Shown in pieces: positions 13,263-25,950 of a stretch of 64,000 bases of DNA. The position numbers and the translations under genes were made by a program. The stretch is from the NCBI RefSeq assembly GCF_001194135.2, contig NC_069004.1, positions 19,268,105 to 19,332,104 on the forward strand, written 5' to 3'. Numbering within the stretch: position 1 is the first letter of the stretch; the number at the start of each line of letters is the position of its first letter. The notes beneath the pieces are model-generated. The model worked only from the letters and a program-made list of their open reading frames with translations, did not search any database and had not been told where the DNA came from. The DNA comes from Octopus bimaculoides. Its lineage: Eukaryota.

Positions 13263-13590
13263 ACATATACATATGTATACATACACACATATATATACAT
13301 ATATGTGCATATATACACATATACATATATATACATACACATATATACACACACATATACACATACACACATATATAAATAACTGCTGTGTGCACGTGTA
13401 TATTTTCCATTGGTGCAAGAAAACTGAAAAACCACTGCTTTGCAAACAAAATGTTTTGACATATTTGTTCTGCATTGAGTTACAAACACTCCCTTGTCAC
13501 TTTTACTCTAGGAACTGCAGTGAACTACTAACTGGTCCACTGGAAATTCCTGTAACCAACCAACTATTGTTCATCTAGATAGAAACTGAA
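12700..13590. repeat. About 0.9-kb imperfect foldback element
   Basis: Three nested arm pairs: 12710-12811 with 13490-13590, 12860-12945 with 13130-13225, and 12970-13015 with 13080-13125. Confidence 0.75.
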
Positions 13591-14370
13591 AGAAGCCCAT
13601 TATATATANNNNNNNNNNNNNNNNNNNNNNNNNNNNNNNNNNNNNNNNNNNNNNNNNNNNNNNNNNNATATATATATATATATATATAGATATATATGAG
13701 GATGAAGGGTCCTTCCTGAGCTACAGGCTCATAAGACTGGTTTCCCAGATCTGGTAGCATATATATTTACCCCTGGATAGGATGCTGTTCCATTACAGGA
13801 TTACTCATTTTTAGTCAGCTGAGGGGACTGGAGCAACATGAAATGAAGTATTTTGCTCAAGGATACAATGCATTGCCAGGTCCAGGAATCGAAACTACAA
13901 TCTTATGATCATGAGTGCAACACCCTAACGACTAGGCTACACAAACACACGTAATTATATAAAGAGGGTAAAAAAAGTTGTAACATCACCTGCAGGATTC
14001 AAACATTGCATCAGTTGTAAAATGTATAGTTGTACTAATCACTACAAAAACACTACATACACACACACACACACACACAATCATCATCATTGGTGTTTAA
14101 CATCTGTTTTTCCATGCTTGCATGGGTTAGACAGGTCTTCTTCAGCAAAACATCTCAACACTTGTGGCGCTTTTGTCATCTCCTTCATGAGGGTCAACAG
14201 TACCCTAAGATCACATCTAATCACCTCCTCTTGGTCTTCTTTCTACTTGGACCATTTGACCATTCTTTACCCAACTGCCATACTCCATAAGCAATACATA
14301 TCCACACCAGCAAAATCTCTTCTCTTGCACACCACAGACAATTCCTCTTACATCCAGTTTGCTCTCTCTC

Positions 14371-14401
<31 letters not shown>

Positions 14402-17400
14402 ATACTTGTGAAGAATCACTTATTCAAAAATGCTAAAATACTTCTCAGTGTTAATACTGCCTCGATCATTAATATATATATATTTTGACAAGCACACTGG
14501 CTAATTGCAACACCAGTGCCTATTCTAGCACTGACATTCTTTATATCGCTGGCAGGGAGATGAGTCACTACTATCTCCAGTCGTCAAACATCCATCATTG
14601 ATGAAACCAAAGACGGTCAGAATCCTGTAATCTGATGGTCTCTGGGGGGTGGCAAGGATTAATCTCCCCACTAGTGAGATAAACAAGAGTGCATCTGACA
14701 CTAAAAGCCAATATGAGAGGTTCTCTCATGGTATCTACCTGCAGTATAGTTTGTTCTAACAGAACATCCATATTTAAGTGGGGGATAAAAATTACCTCTT
14801 GCTAAACTGATAATTATAATGATGATAATGTCCCTGCACTGCAGGCTGCAGCTGCCTGGGTCACGCATTCATGCCCCAGTTACACTTACATGCAACCTAC
14901 TTTGCTGCATGAAGTCATCTACTGCCACCTGCTTCTGCATCTACCCTTCAATGCCTAACTCCGCACAATGGTTATAATGCTTCCTTTTACCTTGCTGGTG
15001 TGTCAGAGCCAACTGCAAACGTACATCATCTGCATTTTATACCCATGTTATGCTAATGTAGAATATCACACGTGCACATGCATTCTATGAGCAGCAGTTA
15101 GTTTATTCAGAGAAAGATGGAATCTCTGCAAGTCGGGTTAAGGGCTCATAGAACATTTTCAAATGCATCCCTATTTTAGCAATCATGTTTTCGGGACACT
15201 TATTTCCATTGCTGAACATACATATTTACATGATGGGCTTCTTCAAGGTTTCAATTAAATTTCTATTCATGATGCATTTGGTTAACCTAAGGCTACAACA
15301 AAGAACAGTAGCTCAAAGAGCCATGCAGCATGAATCAAATCTAGAACCACACGGCTGCAAAGCAAAACTTCTTAATCACAGAACCATACCTGCAATATAT
15401 TTTCATGCATTCAGACATTATGCTTTTAAGCTTCAAAGTTAGGGGCAGGTTTCTAGACTAATTTAAAACAAAGGAAGTTAGTAAAATTATATACATATTT
15501 ATATGTAATTCCATGATGCATTTCAGCTTAACCAAGATTTAGGTTAGGTTAATCGCAGGAAGGACACCCACCCACCCCACCTCCACAAAACAAGGATGCT
15601 GAAACCATGCAGTTATTTCAACCAAATAAACATGCATCCACGTGAGGCTTTACAACTGTCTAAAAAAAAACAAAAAAAATTTCCAACAAGATTCAAGACT
15701 CAGTCTCCAACCGTTTCCTTTCCAACAATCATAAACATTGGTTTCTTATTTTACCACAAAGACTATTTCGTCTAATTCGTTTAGCCTTTTCAGGCAAAAC
15801 TGACTGAGACCGCTCTTCATAGTATGACGCTATTTTCCTGTTTTAAAATTATTTAAATCAAAACTTCCCATTGAAATTTCATGTTAATTTATGGTCCAAA
15901 CCATGGCTTAATAATGACACAGTTATTTTACCAAATTCTTCATCGTGTTTTCAAAATTAATTGAAACAAAGACAATGCATTTCAACAGAAATATGACAAT
16001 AAAAAGATTAAACAGACAAGAATTCAAAATGATGCCTTTGTTACCTATTTATCAAACTACAAATGACAGCTAAGTCCCTGAGCACTAAATAGTTGTGATT
16101 AATGAATCTGGAAAGGTTTTTAACTCAGAAACATTATGTATAAAACTGGAAACCACAGAACATTTCATCTTGATCACACTGTTCCTACTATTCTTACAAA
16201 GAAACAAAGTCTTTCATTTATTGTTTATGGACATAATTGACTGTCCCTCAGTATATTACAGGTATCTAAGAGAAAAATGAAAGGCGGAAAGAAACGAGTT
16301 GGTATCAAGATTTAATAATAATGGTTTCAAATTTTGGCACAAGGCCAACAATTTTGGGGAAGTGGCTAAGTTGATTACATCAACCCCAGTGCTCAACTGG
16401 TACTTATTTTATTGGCCTCAAAAGGATGAAAGGTAAAGTTGATCATGGCCACATTTGAACTCAGAATGTTCAGAGTCAGAAGAAATGCAGCTAAGCATTT
16501 TTTTCCCCCGGAATGCTAACAATTCTGCTAGCTCGTTGCCTTAATAATAATAAAAATAATCCTTACTGCTAAAGGCACAAGGCTCGAAATTTTGGAGGAG
16601 GGGACTAGTCGATTACATTGACCCCACTGGTACCTAATTTATCGACCCCAAAAGGATGAAAGGCAAAGTCAACCAAGGAATATAAACTCAGAACATGAAG
16701 ACAAACAAAATGCTGCTAAGCCTTTTGCCCAGCATGGTAACATTTCTGCCAGCTCACTGCGTTAAATAATAACAATGATAATAATAATAATAATAGCTGA
16801 AACAGAGCCAGGGCATGTTTCTGATTGGCAAATGATCTTTCCAGAATACAACATTGGTTTCATCACAGTTCCACACAAGGTTGAGGTAGAGAGATGCAAT
16901 CTGGTACTGAAGATTAGCCACAAGGATTTAGCTCTCATGTTTTACACTGATTAAAGGCTTATGGGTTGTATTGTGTTAATGGAGATCCTAAAATCTCTCG
17001 GAGCCAATCCTTTCAGCTGTGAGGAAAGGTGATACAATTCACCATTGTCGTCAGAGGATGCAAGATATGATTAGCAACCATTTTCTAATTGGTCACAACT
17101 GTCACTATCATTGTCACCACCACCACCACCATCACCACCATCACATGATCAGGAAAGAAGCACTGAAAAGTTACACCCTTCTATCTAACCTATAAGAATG
17201 GATACCTCTATCCCACCACTCTCCTCCAATTATGGTAAAAGGAAATAGTTACCCACTGTTAATTAACACATGAAAATAGGGAAAATAAAACAAATCAGCC
17301 TAATTACCTTACTATGAGACATTTTCTTTCCTTTTATTTTATTTTTTGCTAACATATTTGATGACAATAAAAAAAAATTTACGTTAAAGCAAAATATATA

Positions 17401-17539
17401 AATATGAATAGTAATAGGATTTCAAAGCTTCTTTTGTGTAAAACAATACAATGAAGAATTCTTTAACTTACCTGCCAGAAGTTATTGTGAAAAAAGATGA
17501 TTAAACAAACAAAACTGGTTGACATATTAGATAAATATT

Positions 17540-18540
17540 TTGGCACAAGGCCAGCAATTTCGAGGGCAGATGTGTAAGTCAATTACATCAAACTCCCCAG
17601 TGCTCAACTGGTGCTTATTTTATCAATCCCACAAAGGTGAAAGGAAAAGTCAACCTCAGTGCAATTTGAACTCAGGACACAAAGGCAGACAAATTGCTTA
17701 GCAGCATCTTGTCCAGCATGCTAATGATTCTTATTTCTTTATTGCTCAGAAGGGGCTAAACATAGAGGGGACAAACAAGGACAGACAAAGGGATTAAGTT
17801 GATTAGATCGACCCCAGTGCGTAACTGGTACTTAATTTATCGACCCTGAAAGGATGAAAGGCAAAGTCGACCTCAGCAAAATTTGAACTCAGAATGTAAT
17901 GGCAGACGAAATACCGCTAAGCATTTTACCCGGGGTGCTAACGTTTCTGCCAGCTCGCCGCCTTAGACTGGATAAATATATTGAATGATCATATGAAATA
18001 GGTTAAAAGCCAAATAACATTGGTTTCAAATTTTGGCACAAGATCGGCAATTCCAGGCAAGGAATTTAGACGATTACATTAACCCCAGTGCTTGACCGGT
18101 AGTTGTTTTATCAAACTTGCAAGGATGAAAGGCAAAGTTGACCTTGGTGGAATTTGAACTCAAAATGTATAAAGACAGACAAAATACTGCTAAGCATTTT
18201 GCTTGGTGCTTTAATGATTCTTATTTCTTTATTGCCCACAAGGGGCTTAAACATAGAGGGGACAAACAAGGATAGACAAAGGGATTAAGTCGATTACATC
18301 GACCGCAGTGCATGACTGGTACTTAGTTTATCGACCCCAAAAGGATGAAAGGCAAAGTTGACCTCGGCGGAATTTGAACTGAGAACGTAAAGACAGACGA
18401 AGTACTGCTAAGCATTTCGCCCAGCGTGCTAACGATTCTGCCAGCTCGTCGCCTGGTGTTTTAATGATTCTGCCAGCTCACCACCTTAGATTAGATAAGT
18501 ATGTTGATAGAATGAATGAAATAGATTAATTAAAAGCCAA
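17540..18540 (-). mobile_element. Tandem pair of SINE-in-SINE composites
   Basis: Each unit of about 500 bp has an old SINE interrupted at tgattct by a young SINE, with similar unique flanks; 17/18-identical TSD at 18204-18221 and 18454-18471. Confidence 0.7.
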
Positions 18541-20759
18541 GTAATATTGAGACAGAAGGAGTCTAAGTAGGAGAGAGAAAGGAAATAGTGCAAAGAGTAT
18601 AGAAAACAGAACTAATTGTAACACTGACCCTGATGCCATTCTAAAGGAATCAATTTTGTAATCTAAGCCAATAACAGGTTCATATATTATCTCTATTCAA
18701 AAAAGGACAAATTTTCAAAATGTTAGACTCTTTCACTACTCCCAAGAAGTCAACTTGTTGAATTCTTCTACAAACTCCCTCATCACTCTTAAACAGCAAA
18801 CATCATCGATTGTTGCTTCATTATAGAACACTGGATACCATTAACACTGATATATATTTGTACAATGCAGGAGTTTCAAATGAATTTTATGCTCAATACC
18901 AGATGCAAAGGAAAGTGTATATTTTACAGCACTTTTCAATGAGATTGTCAATTTTATTGTGCAAGAGACTAACAATTTATCATCATCATTTAACGTCCAT
19001 TTTCCATGCTGGCATGGGTTGAACAGTTTGACTGAGGTCAGCCAAGTCAGAAGGCTGCACCAGGCTCCAATCTGATCTGGCAAGGTTTCTACAGTTGGAC
19101 GCCCTTCCTAATGCCAACTACTCCAAGTTTGTAGTGGGTGCTTTTATGTGCCACCAGCACGGGAGCCAATCAGGCGGCACTAACATCAACCACATCCAGG
19201 TGATGCTTTTTATGTGCCACAGGCACAGGAGCCAGTAAGGGGGGGCTGGCATTGACCACATTCCGATGGTGCATATTACGTGCCACTGACAGATTTTTTG
19301 GGGTCTTTTTTTTGCTTGCTTAGGGTTTTTTTTTTTTTGCCTACTTACACATTCATGCATCCCCTTCCTTCTGTTTAAAGGCTAAATACTGTCAGAAATG
19401 GAATAAAACATGGCAGTTGAGACAATGAAAGAGCCTCTGCAGGGCCATTCAACAAGCTAGGAATAACAACTAAATTTCTCTCAACTAGCTTTAAATAGCT
19501 TTAAAAAGGACACAGTGGACAATCTAATCATAGGAACAATAGCTGGAACAATAAGGATGGTCATGGCTGGAATGCCTTCAAATGTTAATCAAAATAATTT
19601 CATTTCAGCCTAATTTAATTACTAGAAATAACTCAATAATTCATCATCGATACAATTGACATCAGTTTTTGAGGGCTTCAAGTGGCTTTTGCACAGGTTT
19701 GCTCTTACAGAACAAGCGTCCACTTTGTAGGCACTGATGTTACTTTTGCCAGTGTTTCTAGCTAGACTGCTTTGACTGAGGACAAAACCAGAAACTCTTC
19801 CTTTTATCAGCCACAGTGACAGACTGGTGTATGTGTGTGTGTGTGTGTGTCCAAGAAATATTCTTACCAGACTTTGTGGCCTGAAGTCTCAGCGACTGTA
19901 GTCATATAATCAAAAGACTGGCCTTTCTTTAGATCCTTTTATAGACTCAGTTGCTTGTTCTTAACATTAACCATTCAGCCATGAAGCGAGAGTGACTCCC
20001 TATATTTAAACTAGGTTAGACAAAGAATAAGTAACTTGTCAGAAACTACAAGGTAATGCAAAATGAGATTTAACCATTTGGCATTTAAACCAGCCATATC
20101 CAGTCCAAATGTTCAATCTGTCTTATGTTCAAACCAGCCAGATCTGGCCTCTCACACATCATCAATATCTCAAAGCTAAGAAATAAGACAGGATTAATTC
20201 AAAACCACATGAATAAACAAACATTACATTTGACAGGATAATCTGAACAATTAAACTTATGGTGATGATTATGGTTTCTTTTTTAATTATAAAACTGTCC
20301 TTAAAAGAGATGATGCAATCAGAAAATAAAGAACATTGATTTTTAAAAAAATAAACAGCTAAGTTTCTTTCAGCTAAAATTCTCTTAAATTAAGATGTTA
20401 AGAGAAATAAAGCGATAATGAAAGGTTTCCAATGATGATATATATATTGGCAGCATGNNNNNNNNNNNNNNNNNNNNNNNNNNNNNNNNNNNNNNNNNNN
20501 NNNNNNNNNNNNNNNNNNNNNNNNNNNNNNNNNNNNNNNNNNNNNNNNNNNNNNNNNNNNNNNNNNNNNNNNNNNNNNNNNNNNNNNNNNNNNNNNNNNN
20601 NNNNNNNNNNNNNNNNNNNNNNNNNNNNNNNNNNNNNNNNNNNNNNNNNNNNNNNNNNNNNNNTGGATGTGATGTCAAGTGAAAGAAACAGTTAAGAAAA
20701 TATTAAAAAAAAAAGTGAATAAGAGATGGCAGCTGTAAAGTTGACTAACTGATACTCAC

Positions 20760-20825
20760 TTCCTGCACGGCATTCTGCTGGAACAAGTGTGCAACAGAAG
20801 TCATTCGAGGGATATCTTTAAGAAT
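20760..20825 (-). CDS. TBC1D22: TBC1D22 exon 7b, divergent duplicate arginine-finger exon (ILKDIPRMTSVAHLFQQNAVQE)
   Basis: ccctgtttttgcag acceptor, gaa|gtgagt donor, 66 nt, phase 0-0, no stop codon; 12/22 aa identical to exon 7a and keeps DxxR. Confidence 0.88.
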
Positions 20826-22318
20826 CTGCAAAAACAGGGAGCAGGGTGTTTTTGAAGAAGACAGTAATCTACTACTAACCATCAAAGAGCTACGGTGCTA
20901 CACTCGTTGAGTAAGAGTGAAGTCAACATGGAAATGACAAACCAGACAATAACTTACAAAATTAGAAAATATTTTTGTTTTCATTTGTTTGGGAAAGAAA
21001 GGTTTGTTTGCTTGTTTTTTGTTTTTTAAGAATTTTTTTTTAAGAATTTTTTTTTATGAATATTTAAAAAAAAACAATTCATTCCTCATTTGTATATCAA
21101 CATAGGTTAAATAAATCTAAAAATCCAGACAACTGCACAAATTGCAGTGGATGCTTGCTCTTTGAAACCAGTAGCCACCAATAGAATTATAGAGCATGAC
21201 ATGGAATGATGTACAAGCTGAAGAAGTATCAGCTTATTGAGTGATAACAATGTATTTTAAAAGTTTACATCAACAAATTTAAGGACCAATTATTAGTCTT
21301 GACGAAGGATTAATTAATCATAAGCATATATAAATCACCAGTGCTAAACAGCTACATTTCCAGTATTATGCTAGCTGTAATAACATACATAAACTGTAAA
21401 ATATTTACAGCTCTGTTAATTAATACTGAAAGATGGAAAGGTGTTACCAACAGTATCAGGGGTAACGGATAATTTTTTAAAACCAAAATCTGATTGTAAG
21501 TTTAGACAAAGCCTGTCTGGTTTCTCGAAAATGTTAACTTTTCTCATATGGCCTGAAAAAAAAGACAAACACATTAGTTATTAAGAGAGAAGATACAACA
21601 AAGCCCCAGCAATGAAAAACAAAAATTAAAAAACAGAAAAAGCCAACAAAATACACCCAAATATAAATGTTAAATTGCACAGCCACCTTGATTCAAATGT
21701 AACATCTGAACTAGCAAGGGCAGGGTGCTAAGACATCCATAGTGCAGCATGCTGGGTAGGGATTAAGGGGCACAGTAGAAAAATATTTAGCTAGTTGGAC
21801 AGCAAAATGCAGCAACTTGTGTCTTTCCCTTCAACCAAATTCTACCAAAGCAACATCTTAACAACTGGGTTTTCATTTATACACAGTTTCATATTAACTT
21901 GGAAAAAAAATACACATTAAAATTAAAAACTAAAATTAAACAGGAATTTAGTAGGTCAAAATTAATGTTTTTATCATTTTACTTAAAATATTTTTGTAAG
22001 TGAATTTCCAGTGAATAGTTGTCACAACATCATTTAACATCCATTTTCCATGCTGGCATGTATTGGACAGTTTGACAGAAGCTGGCAGGCTAGAGAGCTG
22101 CACCAGGTCTCAGTCGTCCATTTTGGCATGGTTTCTACAGCTGGATGCCCTTCCTAACACCAATCACTTTACAGAGTGTGTTGCGTGCTTTATATGGCAC
22201 TAGCATGGGTACTTTTTTATGTGATGCCAGCATGCAACACTTTAGTTAAAAATAAAAATGTTCTACAACTATTTTCAGTATAGCTAATGTGGTACAAAAT
22301 GACTAAGAGATATATTTT

Positions 22319-22355
<37 letters not shown>

Positions 22356-23550
22356 CAAGAAGGGCTACGTTCTTCCCTGTAGCTAAATTACTCCAGGAAT
22401 TCTTTCTGAGTATATTCATAAATATCTGTACTTATATACACCTCAACATCATTCCAACTTTTTTTATGTCAGTAAATTCTATGTCAGCATAGGTTATGTG
22501 AATTTATTATTGAGGTTTTGTTTTACAGCAGGACAATCTTTCTGCTGCTAATCTTTAACAATTTTTAAAGTAAGGGATGCCTTATTTCACACATCTTTGA
22601 AGGTATGAAGCTGACAGATGATTTGTTGACAAGAGAAATAACAACATCACTTTTAGCTCACTTATAGTGAAAATTGTTGAGCTAAAGGAGGTGGTACTGT
22701 TGTCATCTTCCCTGAATACACACAAACACAGACAATGACATATATATCTACGCAATATGCACATACATATATTTATATATATATATATATATTGTTACAC
22801 TTAGAAATGATATGCGGTACCAGTATTTTTTACTCGAGTCAAATATAATGCACCACTCCAAATTGTTGGAGTGTCCACATAGGCAGGGTTTGGACTGGCT
22901 AGTTTCCACTAGCATTGAGTTGAAAAAGTTGTAATAATGGAGTCAAACCAAACACATCTTGCATAGTGGATGCATTTCCTATTACTTACTAAGCAGGCCT
23001 AAAGCATAAGTGTTAAATGATTTTCGAATATCACTATTTGTTTTGACACCATTATTATAACTTTTTTATATCATCATCCTTTAACATTTGTTTCCCATGC
23101 TGGCATGAGTTGGAAAGTTTGACCAGAGCTGGCAAGCAGGAGAACTGCACCCAGGTCTAGTCTGATTCAGTTTGGTTTCTATGGGTGGATACCTTTCTCA
23201 ATGCCAACCACTTTACAGTGTGCGCTGGGTGCTTTTAAGGTCGCACCAGCATGAGCGCTTTTACATGGCACCAGCTTGAGTGCTTTATACATGGCACCAG
23301 CACAGGGCTCTTGCAGGCCAATCCTATTCAGCAGAGGAAGTGGCATTAACATTTCTGCTTTGGAGGACAGGTTTTTTTGAGTGATACATCATCATCATCG
23401 TTTAACGTCCGCTTTCCATGCTAGCATGGGTTGGACGATTTGACTGAGGACTGGTGAACCAGATGGCTGCACCAGGCTCCAATCTGATCTAGCAGAGTTT
23501 CTACAGCCGGATGCCCTTCCTAACGCCAACCACTCCAAGAGTAGTGGGTG

Positions 23551-23586
<36 letters not shown>

Positions 23587-24774
23587 CATACAGAGAGAGA
23601 GAGAGAGAGAGTATGTAGATACATATATTGTTAAGTATATGCATATGTGCATGTATAGAACTGCAGAGGGTCGCAGTTCTAGGGAGTCAGAACTGGGTAA
23701 TGTTTTGTGCAACTTGGTTGATGAAAGATGAGAAGTAGTGCAGTTAATGAAAGGGAAGTTGGAATCGAACACCATTTGTTAACTGATACAGGAACCACTG
23801 TAGCAACGGTTAGAAGTATCAGATGATAATAATAATAATAATATGATGCATGTAAAAATAAAATTAACATCATCAAATATTAAGCATCAAATATTTACTA
23901 AATAACATAAATCTATTTTTAACGTGAAGGAGAGCACTTCAACATTTCAAGTAAACCTCTTCATCTGAATTAGAGATGAAATGTCTACTCACAGAAAAAT
24001 GTGCCAGCTTCGCAGAGTGAATCTTATTAAGTTTTCAAATTTACGTGATTCATTTACAAGGTTACATAAAATTCAACAGTTGCAGATAAGGCGCAGGAGT
24101 GGCTGTGTGCTAAGTAGCTTGCTTGCCAACCACATGGTTCCGGGTTCATTCCAACTGCGTGGCACCTTGGGCAAGTGTCTTTTACTATAGCTCTAAACCA
24201 CTGAGCCATGCACCTTCATATATACAAATATATATATATAGATGTTTTCGATATAGTTTGGATTCTTTGCCATCAAATTTGATGGCAGAGAATCCAAACT
24301 GGATCGAAAACATCTATATATATATATATATACATATATATATAAGAGAAAGAGAGGAAGAAAAAAGCATGATAAACACACATGATGCAGTTTACTATAC
24401 TTTTTCTAAATTTTCCTCTGTATATCATAAGTAATAACACCACTAAGTTCAGTAGTAACCATGCCACATCTCTGGCAGTTGGCTGGGTGATAGTCTATGT
24501 GGAGCCCTAAATACACATGCAGCTATTGTACATCTAACCTTGTGGGTGTGGGGGTGTATGTGTAGCATAACAAAAAGCCCTGAAATTTCAATATTTTAGT
24601 AACAAAGACACTGGATATTCAAGCTTGCTGTGTAAAGATTTAGCTGCTTTTTTTTTTATTAGTCTTTTACTAAACTATTGAACTTGCTTGTCTGCAGAAC
24701 TGGTGGATGTATGATAAAAAGGTCCCAAATTGCTGCATTTTGTTGAACTGGCTATTTATTGGGGGCATACTTAC

Positions 24775-24840
24775 TTCCTGAACTACCTTCAGTTGAAACA
24801 GAGGGACTAAAGGGTTCATTCGGGGAATGTCTATGTGAAT
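24775..24840 (-). CDS. TBC1D22: TBC1D22 exon 7a, canonical arginine-finger exon (IHIDIPRMNPLVPLFQLKVVQE)
   Basis: gttcctgattttag acceptor, gaa|gtaagt donor, 66 nt, phase 0-0; matches family IHIDIPR...PLFQ...VQE. Confidence 0.95.
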
Positions 24841-25014
24841 CTAAAATCAGGAACATTGAAGAGAAAGAAAACAAAACAAAAACAAAATAAAGACTTTACT
24901 TCCAAAGATGCAGCACAATCAAAAATGGTGCAAATATAGACAGATGTAAAAGTATTTTAAATTTCAACATGAAATAAAACTTACATTCTTAGCATATACA
25001 AGCAATAATAATAA

Positions 25015-25039
<25 letters not shown>

Positions 25040-25045
<6 letters not shown>

Positions 25046-25259
25046 TCCTTTCTATTGGAGACACAAGGCCTCGAATTTAGTGGAAGGGGACTAGTCGATT
25101 AAACTGACTCCAGTCTTTCACTGGTACTTAATCTAACGACCCCCAAAAGGATGAAAGGTAAAGTCAACCCCGGCAGAATTTGAACACAGGACATAGGGAC
25201 AGGCGAAATATCGCTAAGCATTTTGACCAGCATGCTAACAATTCTGCCAGCTCGCTGCC

Positions 25260-25295
<36 letters not shown>

Positions 25296-25950
25296 TTAAT
25301 AATTTTAAATTTTGGCACAAAGCCAGCAAATTTAGGGGGAAGCGTAAGTCAATTATATCAACCCAAGTGCTTAACTGGTACTTATATTATTGACACCAAA
25401 AGGATGAAATGCAGAGTCAACCTCGCTGGGATTTGAATCTAGAACATGGATGAAATGCCGCTAAGCATTTTTTGCCCAGCATGCAAATGATTCTGCTAGC
25501 TCATTGCCTTAATAATAATAATCCTTTCTACTAAAGACACAAGGTCTGAAATTTGGGGTGAGAGGACTAGTCGATTACATCAACCGCAGTGTGTAACTGG
25601 TACTTATTTCATCGACTGCAAAAGGATGAAAGACAAATTTGACCTCAGCAGAATTTGAACTAACATAGCAATGGACGAAATATCGCTAAGCATTTTGCCC
25701 AGAGTGCTAACAATTCTGCCAGCTCACCATAATAATAATAATCCTTTCTATTATAGACACAAGGCCTGAAATTTTGCAGGAAGAAGCTAGTTTATTTCAA
25801 CCTCAAATGGATGAAAGTTAAAGTCAACCTCAGTGGAATTTGAACTCAGAATGTAAAGAGCCAGGAGAAATACTACAAAGCATTTGGTCTGGTGTGCGCA
25901 TGATTCTGCCAGTTCCCTGTTCTTAATTCAGGTACAAGGTCTGCAATTTT
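25040..25950 (-). mobile_element. Head-to-tail array of tRNA-derived SINEs separated by (AAT)n
   Basis: At least four copies of aaaggatgaaag..aagtcaacc...gaatttgaac...ctaagcattt...ctgccagctc; the core resembles the Nin-domain type (recalled, not verified). Confidence 0.8.

Noticed and set aside
14560-14710. 47-codon open stretch after an AG on the minus strand
   Set aside because: Weak pyrimidine tract, ends in a stop, no homology.
16950-17016. Acceptor followed by LKGLAPRDF..., considered as a third arginine-finger exon
   Set aside because: No Asp of DxxR, an in-frame stop after 21 codons, and no donor at 66 nt.
21410-21553. Strong acceptor (ttttttttcag|gccatatga) between 7a and 7b
   Set aside because: The phase 0 reading gives A-I-stop; no homology and no clear donor.
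22662-22711. Exon-like segment between 7a and 7b (cag|ggaagatg...taa|gtgagc); one frame reads KMTTVPPPLAQQ, faintly like exon 7b
   Set aside because: It is 50 nt, stops at once in phase 0, and lacks DxxR. It could be a poison exon or relic, but nothing supports that.
20722-24475. Possible docking pairing between gccaucuc (after exon 7b) and gagaug..ggc (after exon 7a)
   Set aside because: Only about 8 bp with a bulge, which is expected by chance without conservation data.
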